From positions 1,376,001-1,440,000 of the forward strand of contig OZ247587.1 in NCBI GenBank assembly GCA_965233865.1: a DNA stretch of 64,000 bases. Direction: 5' to 3'. The position numbers and the translations under genes are program-made. This DNA comes from Candidatus Neptunichlamydia sp. (GTDB taxonomy: Bacteria; Chlamydiota; Chlamydiia; Chlamydiales; Simkaniaceae). The notes beneath the pieces are model-generated. The model saw only the letters and a program-made list of their open reading frames with translations, searched no databases and was not told the DNA's origin. Below are positions 20,251-30,645 of the stretch, in pieces (position 1 is the stretch's first letter; every line of letters begins with the position of its first letter).

Positions 20251-21277
20251 AGCGCTTCCAGAGAGGGAGAACCTTTTTAATATAAAGCATAAACTTCCAA
20301 AGACCCACACTATATTCCTTGTTGCCAAAAGGATCTTCAACTTTTTCAGGATAGGCAATTCCAAAACCAAAAAGACCAGGAGCAATGATCCCGTTCCTAT
20401 GATTACATTTTAACTTATGGTATTGGGGCGTTTCCGGAGAAGTTCGACAATCGAATCCAACGGTGTAGACGACCTTTGTACAAGAAGATATATATTTTTG
20501 AAAATCAGGATCTGATGAATGGCACCTCTCAAGCCTGTCAGGCCATTTCCCATCGATATTTTTCCGAGCCCAGATTGCAGCCGCTCCTTTAAGCCCTGTA
20601 TTATCGAATAGAATCCAATCATCCATATAAAGGGCATATTTAAGAGGGGAAAGATAGAAATTAATGATTTTTTTTGCTCCAGCATTTAGCAAATTTTTGA
20701 GCGCAATCATGGAAGAGTGTGAGGCTCCAAATACCGCTACAGTATCGTTTCCCAAATCTTCTTGGGCAATCTTTTCGTCATCTAAAGCAACTTCAATGGG
20801 AATTTCCTCAAAGGCGGGGAAATTCAGTTTTTTAGGAGTTGCACCCGTAGAAAGAATTACATTCTTTGAAAGAATCGCCTCACCATCCATCTCTACCTCC
20901 CACAGTTGGTTTCTTAGATTGAGAGTGGCCACCCTTTTTTCATAAGCATGCACAGCAACTTTGAGGTGATTGCAGATCCATTGAAGTGGGTCTGCTATTT
21001 CCCCAAGAAGACAAGTCGTTTCAGGATCAAGATGTTTCAGCTTATGGTCGGGAGCCATCCGGTATCGGAAAACAGCACACTCTTCCAGAAATTTTGTGAA
21101 GAGCTTTACCTTTGTATTGCTCGAAACCCGTCGCCACTTCTCCCCGAGGTCACCTACTTTAAACTTGGGATCAATCCAAGCAATGTCAAGAGGTTTAACA
21201 CCGCTGTCTACAAGTTTCCCCACAGCGGCAATTCCAGCAGGGCCCGCCCCAACAACTGTCCATTCAAATGCTTTCAT
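20240..21277 (-). CDS. FAD/NAD(P)-dependent oxidoreductase (start reassigned to MKAFEW)
   Basis: VVGAGPAGIAA FAD motif, ILSTGA, second Rossmann VAVFGASHS, LFGFGIAYP. Confidence 0.8.
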   Translation of the reverse strand: MKAFEWTVVGAGPAGIAAVGKLVDSGVKPLDIAWIDPKFKVGDLGEKWRRVSSNTKVKLFTKFLEECAVFRYRMAPDHKLKHLDPETTCLLGEIADPLQWICNHLKVAVHAYEKRVATLNLRNQLWEVEMDGEAILSKNVILSTGATPKKLNFPAFEEIPIEVALDDEKIAQEDLGNDTVAVFGASHSSMIALKNLLNAGAKKIINFYLSPLKYALYMDDWILFDNTGLKGAAAIWARKNIDGKWPDRLERCHSSDPDFQKYISSCTKVVYTVGFDCRTSPETPQYHKLKCNHRNGIIAPGLFGFGIAYPEKVEDPFGNKEYSVGLWKFMLYIKKVLPLWKRYAP

Positions 21278-21358
21278 CTCCTTAGTTGTAGCAATTTCTT
21301 TCCCTTTTTTACAATCTCTTGTAGACTCAGGAGGTAACATTAGTAAAAAAAGTTGTTC

Positions 21359-23278
21359 ATGAAAATGAAGTGCGATAACCAAGAACTCGAACTTCCCACA
21401 GGGAGTTCAGCCAAAGAATTGGCAGAAAAGATGAATCTTCGAGAACCTCACCAGGCTTTAGCGGTTTCTATAAACGGAAAACAGCTAGACCTAGATTCTC
21501 AGCTTTCTGACGGAGATGATGTCAAGCTGCTTGACTTTGAATCCGAGGAGGGAAAAGAGGTGTTTTGGCATACCTCTGCCCACGTGCTTGCCCAAGCTAT
21601 TCTGAGGATTTGGCCGAAAGCGGTGCCAACTATCGGTCCTCCAATTGAAAATGGATTTTACTACGACTTTGCAAATCTCGATGTTTCGGAGGGTGATTTT
21701 CCTCGAATTGAAAAAGAAATCAAAAAGATCCTGGGAGAAAACTTAAAGCCAAAGCGACACGAATTCCTCGGAAAAAAAGAAGCTTTTAAAGAATTTGATG
21801 ATAATCCTTACAAAAAAGAGCTGATCGAGGGATTTGAAGAGGGGAGTCTAATAACCGCATATAAGCAAGGCGAGTTTTTTGACCTTTGCCGCGGCCCTCA
21901 CCTTCCAAGCCTTGGAAAAATTAAAGCGTTTAAGCTTTTAAAAACCTCTGGTGCCTATTGGAGAGGCGACTCAAAAAACACCATGCTCACTCGGATTTAT
22001 GGAATCTCATTTCCTAGTCGAGAAGAGCTCAAGGCCTACATTAAAATGCTTGAAGAAGCAAAGAAGCGGGACCATCGCATACTTGGAGCGAAACTGGATC
22101 TCTTTTCATTCAAAGGAGAGGCTCCCGCAATGCCCTTTTTCCACAACCGCGGAGTGGCGGTATGGGATCATCTTGTGGATTATTGGAAAGAACTACATCT
22201 ACGCAATGGATACGAAATCATTAAAACACCTCAACTCATGACGCGCGAGCTATGGGAGCTTTCAGGACACTGGGAACATTACAAAGAGAACATGTTCACA
22301 GTAGAATTAGATAATGAGAGGGCCTACGCAATTAAACCGATGAACTGCCCTGGATGTATGCTTTACTTTAAAGGCCTCTCCCACAGTTATAGGGCACTCC
22401 CTTTGAGAATTGCTGAATTTGGTCATGTCCACCGCAGAGAACCCTCGGGCGCACTGAACGGCCTTTTTCGGGTGCAGAGCTTCCACCAAGACGATGCCCA
22501 TATTTTTATGCAACCAAGTCAAATTAAAGATGAGATCTTAGGTGTTCTCCATTTAGTGAAGGAGATCTATGAAACCTTTGACCTCCATTATACTTTCGAG
22601 CTCTCAACGCGCCCAGAAAAATCGATGGGAAGTGATGAAGATTGGAAGGTCACTACAGCAGGACTTCAAGAAGCTCTTGACGAGTGGGGTTCCGATTATA
22701 AAATTAATGAGGGGGATGGTGCTTTTTACGGACCAAAGATTGACCTCCATGTCCATGACGCCATTGGACGCCGTTGGCAGTGCGGAACCATTCAACTTGA
22801 CATGTCCCTCCCCGAAAAATTCAAACTGGAATACAAAGATAATGATGGAGAATTTAAGCGCCCTATCATGATTCACCGCGCAATTTTCGGATCGATTGAG
22901 CGGTTTTTAGGAATCCTTATCGAACACTTTGCTGGAAAGTTCCCCTTTTGGATGAGCCCTCTTCCTGTTCGCGTGATTCCGATTGCAGAGGCCCACACCG
23001 ATTATGCGCGGGATATCGCTCGGAAGATTCGAGAAGCTGGATTTCTTTGCGACTGCGACGAATCCTCGGAGTCATTGGGGAAAAGAGTCCGCAACGCTCA
23101 ACTTCTTAAGATAAACTACATGCTTACTGTTGGAGATCAAGAGGTCCAGAACAAATCCATTGCGCTCAGAACACGGGATAATGTTGTGCATAGAGAAATC
23201 AAGCTAGAAAATTTCCTAAAAAATTGCACAACCGAATATAAAGAGAGGAAACTGACCTCACCTTACCAGGAGGGCTAA
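21359..23278 (+). CDS. thrS: Threonine--tRNA ligase
   Basis: TGS domain, HTSAHVLA, DLCRGPH, KRDHR, KPMNCP, GAFYGPKID, MIHRA. Confidence 0.98.
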   Translation: MKMKCDNQELELPTGSSAKELAEKMNLREPHQALAVSINGKQLDLDSQLSDGDDVKLLDFESEEGKEVFWHTSAHVLAQAILRIWPKAVPTIGPPIENGFYYDFANLDVSEGDFPRIEKEIKKILGENLKPKRHEFLGKKEAFKEFDDNPYKKELIEGFEEGSLITAYKQGEFFDLCRGPHLPSLGKIKAFKLLKTSGAYWRGDSKNTMLTRIYGISFPSREELKAYIKMLEEAKKRDHRILGAKLDLFSFKGEAPAMPFFHNRGVAVWDHLVDYWKELHLRNGYEIIKTPQLMTRELWELSGHWEHYKENMFTVELDNERAYAIKPMNCPGCMLYFKGLSHSYRALPLRIAEFGHVHRREPSGALNGLFRVQSFHQDDAHIFMQPSQIKDEILGVLHLVKEIYETFDLHYTFELSTRPEKSMGSDEDWKVTTAGLQEALDEWGSDYKINEGDGAFYGPKIDLHVHDAIGRRWQCGTIQLDMSLPEKFKLEYKDNDGEFKRPIMIHRAIFGSIERFLGILIEHFAGKFPFWMSPLPVRVIPIAEAHTDYARDIARKIREAGFLCDCDESSESLGKRVRNAQLLKINYMLTVGDQEVQNKSIALRTRDNVVHREIKLENFLKNCTTEYKERKLTSPYQEG

Positions 23279-24078
23279 TGAAAATTATTTCTGTTTGTAG
23301 TTTCAAAGGAGGAACTGCAAAAACATCTATCTCCCTCAATCTGGGAGCCGCCATTGCCCGGTTTCATAATAAACGAGTCCTCATGATCGATTTTGATGCA
23401 CAAGCAAACCTCACAGCAGGCCTTGGTCTCGATCCTGATAGTCACGACAGTTTAGCAGCTGTTCTTCAAGATACCAAATCCATCCAAGAAATCATTGTTC
23501 ACACAGACCATCCTCAAGTAGATTTAATTCCTGCAGACACTTGGCTCGAAAGAGTGGAAGTCACAGGGGTTCTTTCTTCAGATCGCTATTCGCATGAGAA
23601 ACTGAAGAAAATTTTAGCTCCTCTTAAATACGACATTGCACTGATTGATACACCTCCCTCTCTTTGCTGGCTCACGGAGTCTTCTCTGATTGCTTGTGAC
23701 TTTGCTCTTGTTTGCGCAACGCCAGAATTTTACAGCATCAAAGGATTGCAACGCCTTTCATTCTTTATGCATTATATTTCCGAACGCCACCCCTTTGAAC
23801 TTTTAGGAGTTGCTCTTTCTTTTTGGAACATGCGTGGGAAAAACAACGAAGACTTTTTAAACGTTGTCGAAGATACATTCCCAGAAAAAGTGTTGCAGAC
23901 AAAAATTCGAAGAGATATCGCTGTTTCTGAGGCCTCAATTCATGGAAAGCCTGTTTTTGAGACCTCCCCAAAAAGTCGTGCAGCAGAAGATTACCGGAAG
24001 CTTACGCAAGAGTTATTAAACAAAATGGCCGCTTATGAAAACATGGAGCAGAAATGTCTAAATTCAACTCTCTCTTAA
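23278..24078 (+). CDS. parA: ParA/MinD ATPase (chromosomal pGP5-D-like)
   Basis: Deviant Walker A KGGTAKT, IDFDAQAN, IDTPPS; position between thrS and pGP6-D. Confidence 0.92.
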   Translation: MKIISVCSFKGGTAKTSISLNLGAAIARFHNKRVLMIDFDAQANLTAGLGLDPDSHDSLAAVLQDTKSIQEIIVHTDHPQVDLIPADTWLERVEVTGVLSSDRYSHEKLKKILAPLKYDIALIDTPPSLCWLTESSLIACDFALVCATPEFYSIKGLQRLSFFMHYISERHPFELLGVALSFWNMRGKNNEDFLNVVEDTFPEKVLQTKIRRDIAVSEASIHGKPVFETSPKSRAAEDYRKLTQELLNKMAAYENMEQKCLNSTLS

Positions 24079-24791
24079 TGGGACGCTTTCGCAATCACCC
24101 TAAAAAAGAAAAAATGAACGAACTTGCTCAAAGAACCACTGAAAACGTCCCCGCAAATTTTGGTGGGGTATTTCAAGTTACGCCCATTAGCGAAACAGAA
24201 AAAATTTCCCTTCAAAATCTACTCGAAAAATATCAGACTGACGATACAGATGTCGCTGCTGATTTGCAATCACTCACAGATCTCACTTCAGAAGTCAAAG
24301 CAATCAGCAATCAGGCTGTTATTTTGCATGGTGAGCGCATAAAAAAAGCGCAGGTTCTTCTAAAGAAATATCGGGACGGCGCCTTTAGTAACTGGCTTCT
24401 CAAAACCTATGGCAACCGTCAAACACCTTATAACTTTATGCAATACTATGAGCTTTACAACTCTCTTCCTAAAAAATTGCAAGGGGTCGTAGATGAAATG
24501 CCTAGACAGGCAATTTACAGCCTTTCTAGCCGCTCTATTCCACACGAAAAGAAAGAAGCCTTCGTAGAAGAATATCAGGGCGAATCTAAAACTCAGCTTT
24601 TGGAGAAACTCAGAAGCTCTTATCCTCTAGCAAAAAAGGACAAGCGGGGGCCCAACAGAACAAAAGGTGTTTCAGAAAACCTGAGGCGTGCTGTCAAAGG
24701 GATCAAAGACGAACGGTTCATCCCAACAAAAGATGAAAGGCTGGAGATCAGTCACCTCATTGTTGAATTGACCGAACTGTTACTAAGATGA
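24054..24791 (+). CDS. pGP6-D-related (CT583-like) protein
   Basis: QAVILHGERIKKA, GAFSNWL, YGNRQTPYNFMQYYE, MPRQAIYSL; synteny with thrS-parA. Confidence 0.88.
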   Translation: MSKFNSLLMGRFRNHPKKEKMNELAQRTTENVPANFGGVFQVTPISETEKISLQNLLEKYQTDDTDVAADLQSLTDLTSEVKAISNQAVILHGERIKKAQVLLKKYRDGAFSNWLLKTYGNRQTPYNFMQYYELYNSLPKKLQGVVDEMPRQAIYSLSSRSIPHEKKEAFVEEYQGESKTQLLEKLRSSYPLAKKDKRGPNRTKGVSENLRRAVKGIKDERFIPTKDERLEISHLIVELTELLLR

Positions 24792-26212
24792 CCCTCTTTT
24801 ACGAATCCCCCCTTACTACTCGTTACGCCTCTTCAGAGATGAAAGAGACTTTCTCCTCTGCTTTTAAGTATCGAACGTGGAGAAAACTCTGGGTCGCCCT
24901 AGCGGAAGCTCAAAAGGAACTAGGCCTTCCAATTACCGACAGTCAAATCAACGAGATGCGCATTGCTGTAGACCAAATTGACTTTGCTAAAGTGCGTGTA
25001 TACGAAAAGCAGACGCGCCATGAAGTCATGGCACACATCTATGCATTTGGCGACACTTGTCCTCAAGCACGAGGCATTATACACATGGGAGCAACTAGCT
25101 CTTACGTTATGGATAACGGAGACCTTATTGCCCTAAAAACAGGGATGCAGCTACTCAAAGGAAAACTCATTCTTCTGATTGAAAGACTCAACCACCTCTC
25201 CCTTGAACAATCAAACACTCCATGTCTTGGCTATACTCACTTCCAACCCGCCCAAGCAACCACCTTTGGAAAACGCAGTAGCCTATGGCTTCAAGACTTT
25301 CTTGCAGACTTTAAAGACCTTCTTACCCTCATGGAAGATTTCCCTTTTCTTGGGTGCAAAGGGGCCATTGGAAGCCAAGGATCCTTTCTCTCTCTCTTTG
25401 AAGGAGACCACAAGAAAGTTATAAAACTCGATGATATGATCACCCAAAAAATGGGCTTTAACCGTTCTTTCATTATTTGTAGTCAAACCTTCCCTCGTAA
25501 GCAAGAACAGCGAATTCTTTCACTTTTGGCAAGCATTAGTGCAAGTGCACACAAATGTGCAACAGACCTCCGCCTTCTTTCCCACTTAGGGGAAGTCGAA
25601 GAACCCTTTAAAGAAACACAAGTCGGCTCAACAGCCATGCCCTACAAGCGAAACCCTATCTATTCTGAACGGGTATGCGGTCTTTCCCGCTTCGTGATGA
25701 ATATGTCTCACAATAGCATTGACAACGCTGCTCACCAATGGCTCGAACGCTCACTTGACGACTCATCCAATCGAAGACTGACAATTCCTGAAGCCTTCCT
25801 TGCCACAGATAGTGTGATCAACCTCCTTTACACAATTGTTTCTGGACTAAAAACCTTTCCAAAACTCATGGAAGCCCATTTAAATGAACACCTTCCCTAC
25901 ATCTCCATCGAAACCATCCTTGCTGCTGCTGTCTTAAAGGGAAGCAACAGACAAGAGGCCCACGAAACCCTCCGTAAACACACCTTTGAAGCCGCTAAAA
26001 AGAAAAAAGAAACCGGAGTGGCACCAGAGCTTCTCCCCTCCCTCTTAAAAGCTGTCAACCTCTCAGAAAAGGAAATGGAAGAGCTTCTTCAACTGAAAAA
26101 TCTCACGGGCCGTTCTCGTGAACAAGTTTTGGAGTTTTTAAAGCTCGAGGTAGAGCCCATCTTGGACAAATATCTTGATGTTGATACCCTAATCCCGAGC
26201 GTAGAGTTTTGA
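24788..26212 (+). CDS. purB: Adenylosuccinate lyase
   Basis: YESPLTTRYAS, HMGATS, GYTHFQPAQ, GSTAMPYKRNP signature, ERSLDDS. Confidence 0.95.
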   Translation: MTLFYESPLTTRYASSEMKETFSSAFKYRTWRKLWVALAEAQKELGLPITDSQINEMRIAVDQIDFAKVRVYEKQTRHEVMAHIYAFGDTCPQARGIIHMGATSSYVMDNGDLIALKTGMQLLKGKLILLIERLNHLSLEQSNTPCLGYTHFQPAQATTFGKRSSLWLQDFLADFKDLLTLMEDFPFLGCKGAIGSQGSFLSLFEGDHKKVIKLDDMITQKMGFNRSFIICSQTFPRKQEQRILSLLASISASAHKCATDLRLLSHLGEVEEPFKETQVGSTAMPYKRNPIYSERVCGLSRFVMNMSHNSIDNAAHQWLERSLDDSSNRRLTIPEAFLATDSVINLLYTIVSGLKTFPKLMEAHLNEHLPYISIETILAAAVLKGSNRQEAHETLRKHTFEAAKKKKETGVAPELLPSLLKAVNLSEKEMEELLQLKNLTGRSREQVLEFLKLEVEPILDKYLDVDTLIPSVEF

Positions 26213-26880
26213 GCTTCCCCACCATTGTTTGCTTTTATACCCCCAATACTGGGTACGAAAAAGAAGCCGAAGGTCTCATTGCCTCCTGCAAAAAATTTGA
26301 TCTTCCCTATTCTATCGATCCCATCCCTAACTTTGGAACGTGGGAGAAAAACTGTTGCTTCAAGCCCAAATATATCCTGAAAAAACTCATGGATTTGAAG
26401 CAACCGATTCTTTGGCTTGATGCCGACGCTCTCATCGTTCAAAAACCGACCCTTTTCGAAACGCTAGATGCCGACATCGCCCTCCGCATCGTTAGCGAGC
26501 TCCCCAATAACCATCAATCGAAAATGATCTCCGGCACCGTCTTTGTCAACAACACACCCGAGGCCCTCAAAATTCTTCAAGAGTGGGATCTGGAAACAGA
26601 AACTCTTCTCAAACAAGATCCTCACCTATGGGATCAGGTATCTCTCAGAAACGTTCTCCTTCGCTCTATCGCAAAAGTCTACCCGCTTGACAGTCGCTAC
26701 TACCAGATCTACAACAAAATTGAAGATGAAAAGACATTGCAAAAGGCGATCATCATCCACTTTCAAGCGTCCCGCACCCTCAAAAAAACGCTCAATCACG
26801 AGGTCGTCCCCTTCTGGGATGAAGCCACCTTCATTGCAGAAAAAAAACACCAAATTCTAACGACTCGATTGGGTGTATAA
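26209..26880 (+). CDS. Nucleotide-diphospho-sugar (GT-A) glycosyltransferase
   Basis: WEKNCCFKP, LWLDADA (DxD), SGTVFV, WDQ, IIHFQASR. Confidence 0.75.
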   Translation: MSFPTIVCFYTPNTGYEKEAEGLIASCKKFDLPYSIDPIPNFGTWEKNCCFKPKYILKKLMDLKQPILWLDADALIVQKPTLFETLDADIALRIVSELPNNHQSKMISGTVFVNNTPEALKILQEWDLETETLLKQDPHLWDQVSLRNVLLRSIAKVYPLDSRYYQIYNKIEDEKTLQKAIIIHFQASRTLKKTLNHEVVPFWDEATFIAEKKHQILTTRLGV

Positions 26881-26968
26881 AAGAATTAAAAAACGGACAA
26901 CTCATTGCTAGTTTATTTTGCCACTAAATTGTATGAAACGCTTTATTTGATTGCAGATGGATTGTATA

Positions 26969-27061
26969 TAGCTAAAGCGACTTAAATTAGTTATTGTCAG
27001 TACTCCCTGAAAATCCTATCTATTCTATAGATGGTATAACTAAAACGAAATATTTTAGCTA
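26969..27061. mobile_element. 93-bp non-autonomous IS630-type mini-element, TA flanked
   Basis: Left part is a diverged version of the IS630 right end; last 28 bp (gtataactaaaacgaaatattttagcta) are identical to the IS630 left end. Confidence 0.75.
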
Positions 27062-27068
27062 TATCAAC

Positions 27069-27776
27069 TGATCTTCCCCCGTTTCTGTAGACACTTTTAA
27101 CATAGATTATTCTCATGTTTTTCTTCAAATTTCACCGGGCTCAAATATCCCAATGTTGAATGCCTTCTCTTATTGTTATAGTAGCATTCTATATAGTTAA
27201 ATATTTCCTTTTCAGCAACTTCTGTATCTTTAAAAAACTTTAGCTCCTACGCATTCTCTCTTAAGAGAATTGAAAAAACTTTCCATTGAGGCATTGTCAT
27301 AGCAACTTCCTTTTCCACTCATGCTTCCAAGCATGTTGTTTTTCTTTAGGCTTTTATCTATTGCTTCAAAGCCGTATTGTGACCCTTGATCGCTATGAAA
27401 TATTATCCCTTCTACAGCTCCTCTTCTTGAGACGGCCTGCTCTAAAGCTTGTATGACCAGTTCTTTTCTCATATGCTTTTTGATGGAATGTCCAACGATT
27501 TTCCTAGAGTAAAAATCCTATTTTCTTTTTTCAGTCGCTTAATCTCTTCTTCTTCCCTTGCCTGCTTCTCAGTCTTAATCAATCGACTATGGTCATGCTT
27601 ACTGAGTCATACTTTTAGCGTAGAAACACCTATACCCAGATCATTTGCTACCTCTTCTCTCACTAACTTGATCGCATTCCCTTTAAATTCATCATTGAAT
27701 TTTTTCATTTGCTTTTACTCTTCTTTAAGTTCGAGAAGTTTATATCATAACTGTCCTATTTTTCGGGGGAAGATCA
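27069..27776 (-). mobile_element. IS3-family element with internal deletion (708 bp)
   Basis: TG...CA termini sharing tgatcttcccccg; orfA MKKFNDEFKGNAIKLV..VANDLGIGVSTL; orfB YSRKIVG, HSDQGSQY, SCYDNASMESFFNSLKRE. Confidence 0.9.
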
Positions 27777-27833
27777 TTATATCCAGAGCCCTCTAAAACT
27801 TCTCGGTTCTAAACAGCTAGATTAGGCTTGTGA

Positions 27834-28703
27834 CTAGCCACTTTGGAAATGCTTTTTGACAAGAGCATCTTCTTTCTGAAGATAGATTGACATAATCGTT
27901 TGCATTTTCTTTTCCGCGTCGCATTTAGGAGCGACTTTATCGCGACCTAGAGCGGTAAGATATTGCCGTGTTGAAGCTGAAGCTTTAACTTTTGGCAAGA
28001 CTTCTGCTGCAGTATCAATGTAAGACTTAATTTTAGCATCGACAAGATCTCCTTGGCAAGCATCTTTCATCTGCTTCATTTTCTCTACTTGGAGAACGAG
28101 ATATTGTTTTTGAAATGTTTCCTGGTCGATTTGACCTCGAGAGAGTGCAACCCCTATAGAGAGCCCTTTGAGCCAGAGTTCTGTATCGATATTGATCAGA
28201 TTATTTTCTAGGGAGGTGACACCATCTCCTTTAAACTTATTGCTAAGCTGATGAACGTATTCAATGCTTTCTAGTTCGTGAGGATTTGGAGAAAAGAAGA
28301 CCATATCGCGGACTTCACTGCTAATCTTCTCGCAAGGATTATCGATACAAACTTCAACGAGCTCTCGGTTTTGAGCTTCATGAAGGGCAGCGATTTCCTT
28401 CTTGAAGGCATCCCCTTTTTCGCTTTGATAGTCAGTGACCATTTCTGAAAGTTTCTTTCGCTCTTCTAAGGCCGAATTAAACTCCCATTTCTTGCTTTTT
28501 GCTTTGTAGGAAGTGTCGATAGATTTCAAAAAATTATTATACTTCCCTTCACGATAATCGGATAGGACTTCTTCAATGAGCTTTTGTTGAGAAGCAACAC
28601 CCTGTTCAGATTTTATGCTTTCAATTTTAATCGTATCTTCTTTCGCTACAATAGGTAACATTAGTAATGCTGCAATAAAAGGAATAAGCAAAAATTTCTT
28701 CAT
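27834..28703 (-). CDS. Exported helical hypothetical protein (start reassigned to MKKFLL)
   Basis: GGAG RBS and signal peptide MKKFLLIPFIAALLMLPIVA. Confidence 0.75.
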   Translation of the reverse strand: MKKFLLIPFIAALLMLPIVAKEDTIKIESIKSEQGVASQQKLIEEVLSDYREGKYNNFLKSIDTSYKAKSKKWEFNSALEERKKLSEMVTDYQSEKGDAFKKEIAALHEAQNRELVEVCIDNPCEKISSEVRDMVFFSPNPHELESIEYVHQLSNKFKGDGVTSLENNLINIDTELWLKGLSIGVALSRGQIDQETFQKQYLVLQVEKMKQMKDACQGDLVDAKIKSYIDTAAEVLPKVKASASTRQYLTALGRDKVAPKCDAEKKMQTIMSIYLQKEDALVKKHFQSG

Positions 28704-28885
28704 GAGAAATGCTCCGTATTTATATCTAATGGAATATCTATTATACCTTATTCTGAATAAAAAATACATGTCTCATTATGTTAAAAATATTTTTAATTCA
28801 ATGCTTCCTCTTTAAGGAAATTTTGTTTCTATAAAAGATTTCACTTGGAAAAAATTAGTGAAATAGGATAAAAAAGATGGATCAT

Positions 28886-28956
28886 GCGCCTGTAGTTCAA
28901 CGGTAGAACAATAGCCTTCCAAGCTATTAGTATCAGTTCGATTCTGATCAGGCGCT
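28886..28956 (+). tRNA. tRNA-Gly(TCC), CCA not encoded
   Basis: Acceptor GCGCCTG/CAGGCGC, anticodon arm ATAGC-CTTCCAA-GCTAT, T loop TTCGATT. Confidence 0.95.
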
Positions 28957-29032
28957 TTTTTATCAATATTAACCAAGACCGAAATCCTAACCTGAGAGTT
29001 GGGATGCCGTCGTCAAACAAAAGGGACAAGGC

Positions 29033-29803
29033 TTGGCACAAGACCAGACTGTTACTATTTCCATTAAGGATCTACTCGAAGCTGGGGCGCATTTCGGCCA
29101 CCAGAAGCAACGATGGAATCCCAAGATGAAGCGCTTTATTTTCGAAGAGCGCAGTGGGATTTACATCATCGACCTCGCAAAAACCATGCAGCAAATTCGT
29201 ATCGCAATTGATATTGTGATCTCTACCGTTGAAAAGCACCAAAGCATCTTGTTTGTTGGAACCAAAAAACAAGCAAAAGATGTCATTAAAGAGTGCGCAG
29301 AACGATGTGGTGAATTTTATGTTGCAGAACGCTGGCTTGGTGGAATGCTTACTAACTTGAAAACCATCAGAGGTTCAGTGAAAACCTTAGAGCGTGTTGA
29401 AAAGCAAATCGCTACAGGGGGTGACGGATTCACCAAAAAAGAGATGTCGCTACTAAATAAAGACCGCGACAAGCTCGATCGAAACCTTTCAGGTATCCGA
29501 GCAATGCGTAAACCCCCGGGGCTGATTGTTGTTGTCGATCCAAGTAAAGAGCATATCGCTGTTGCTGAAGCAAACAAGCTAGGTATCCCTGTAATGGCTC
29601 TTGTTGATACCAACTGCGACCCGGATCCTATCGATTATGTGATTGCATGTAATGATGATGCACTCAAGAGCATCAAGTTAATTACTCAGGCTCTTTCAGA
29701 TGTCATCATTGATAAGAAAGGTGAGCTGAATATTGCGATTGGCAAGGAAGAAACTGCTAAGAAGGCGGAAGCAAAGATTGAACCAAAAGAGGTGAAAGAA
29801 TGA
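29033..29803 (+). CDS. rpsB: 30S ribosomal protein S2
   Basis: LLEAGAHFGH, WNPKM, RWLGGMLTN, DTNCDPD. Confidence 0.98.
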   Translation: MAQDQTVTISIKDLLEAGAHFGHQKQRWNPKMKRFIFEERSGIYIIDLAKTMQQIRIAIDIVISTVEKHQSILFVGTKKQAKDVIKECAERCGEFYVAERWLGGMLTNLKTIRGSVKTLERVEKQIATGGDGFTKKEMSLLNKDRDKLDRNLSGIRAMRKPPGLIVVVDPSKEHIAVAEANKLGIPVMALVDTNCDPDPIDYVIACNDDALKSIKLITQALSDVIIDKKGELNIAIGKEETAKKAEAKIEPKEVKE

Positions 29804-30645
29804 CGGTTACAGCCCAGATGGTCATGGAACTTAGGAAAAGAACTGGCGTTGGAATGTCTAAGTGTAAAGATGCGCTTACTGAAGCTGCTGGCGATATGGA
29901 AGAAGCAATTCATATCCTTCGAAAGAAGGGAATGGCATCTGCTGTCAAGAAGGGAAGTCGTGAAACAAACGAAGGTGTTGTTGGTATTTCTGAAAATGAC
30001 GAGGCGGCATACTTTGTTGAGGTGAATGTAGAGACAGACTTTGTCCTCCAAAACGATCGTTTTAAAAAATTCCTGAAAAACATCTGTGATGACACGCTTA
30101 AAACAAAGCCGAAATCTGCTGAAGACTTCATTCATCAGAAATACAGTCAAAACGAAGCGCTTACGATTGATGAGTATCGCGCGGAGACTGTGCATAGTCT
30201 TGGAGAGAACATTCAGATTAAGCGGATTCTTAACTTTAAAAAATCTGTTGACAGCTCACTTGGGATTTACTCCCATATGGGTGGGAAAATTGCATGTGCT
30301 GTAGTAATTAAAGGTGCAGGAGACGTTGATTCTCTTGCGCGCGATGTTGCAATGCACGTCGCTGCGGAAGCACCTGACTTTTTGAAACCTGACAAAATTT
30401 CTGCTGATATTCTGGCAAAAGAAGAAGAGATTGCTCGCAGCCAGATTCAAAACAAACCGCCTGAGATTATGGATAAAATTATTCAAGGAAAAATTAAGGC
30501 TTTTTATGAGCAATCGTGCTTGTTAAATCAGAAGTTCGTCAAAGATCCTTCAATGAACGTAGCAGATTATGTTGCGCAAGAAGGAAAAAAAGCGGGTAAG
30601 ACTCTCGAAGTTGTAGAGTTTGTTCGTTGGCAAATAGGTGAATAA
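29800..30645 (+). CDS. tsf: Elongation factor Ts
   Basis: LRKRTGVGMSKCKDAL, EVNVETDFV, GENIQIKR, MHVAA. Confidence 0.98.
   Translation: MTVTAQMVMELRKRTGVGMSKCKDALTEAAGDMEEAIHILRKKGMASAVKKGSRETNEGVVGISENDEAAYFVEVNVETDFVLQNDRFKKFLKNICDDTLKTKPKSAEDFIHQKYSQNEALTIDEYRAETVHSLGENIQIKRILNFKKSVDSSLGIYSHMGGKIACAVVIKGAGDVDSLARDVAMHVAAEAPDFLKPDKISADILAKEEEIARSQIQNKPPEIMDKIIQGKIKAFYEQSCLLNQKFVKDPSMNVADYVAQEGKKAGKTLEVVEFVRWQIGE

Noticed and set aside
20240..21382. Long overlaps of the oxidoreductase with thrS and with the downstream gene
   Set aside because: Artefacts of longest-ORF start choice; resolved with starts at 21277 and 20250
23278..24791. Integrated plasmid (pGP5/pGP6-like genes)
   Set aside because: Chromosomal thrS-parA-gp6D is a known conserved chlamydial locus
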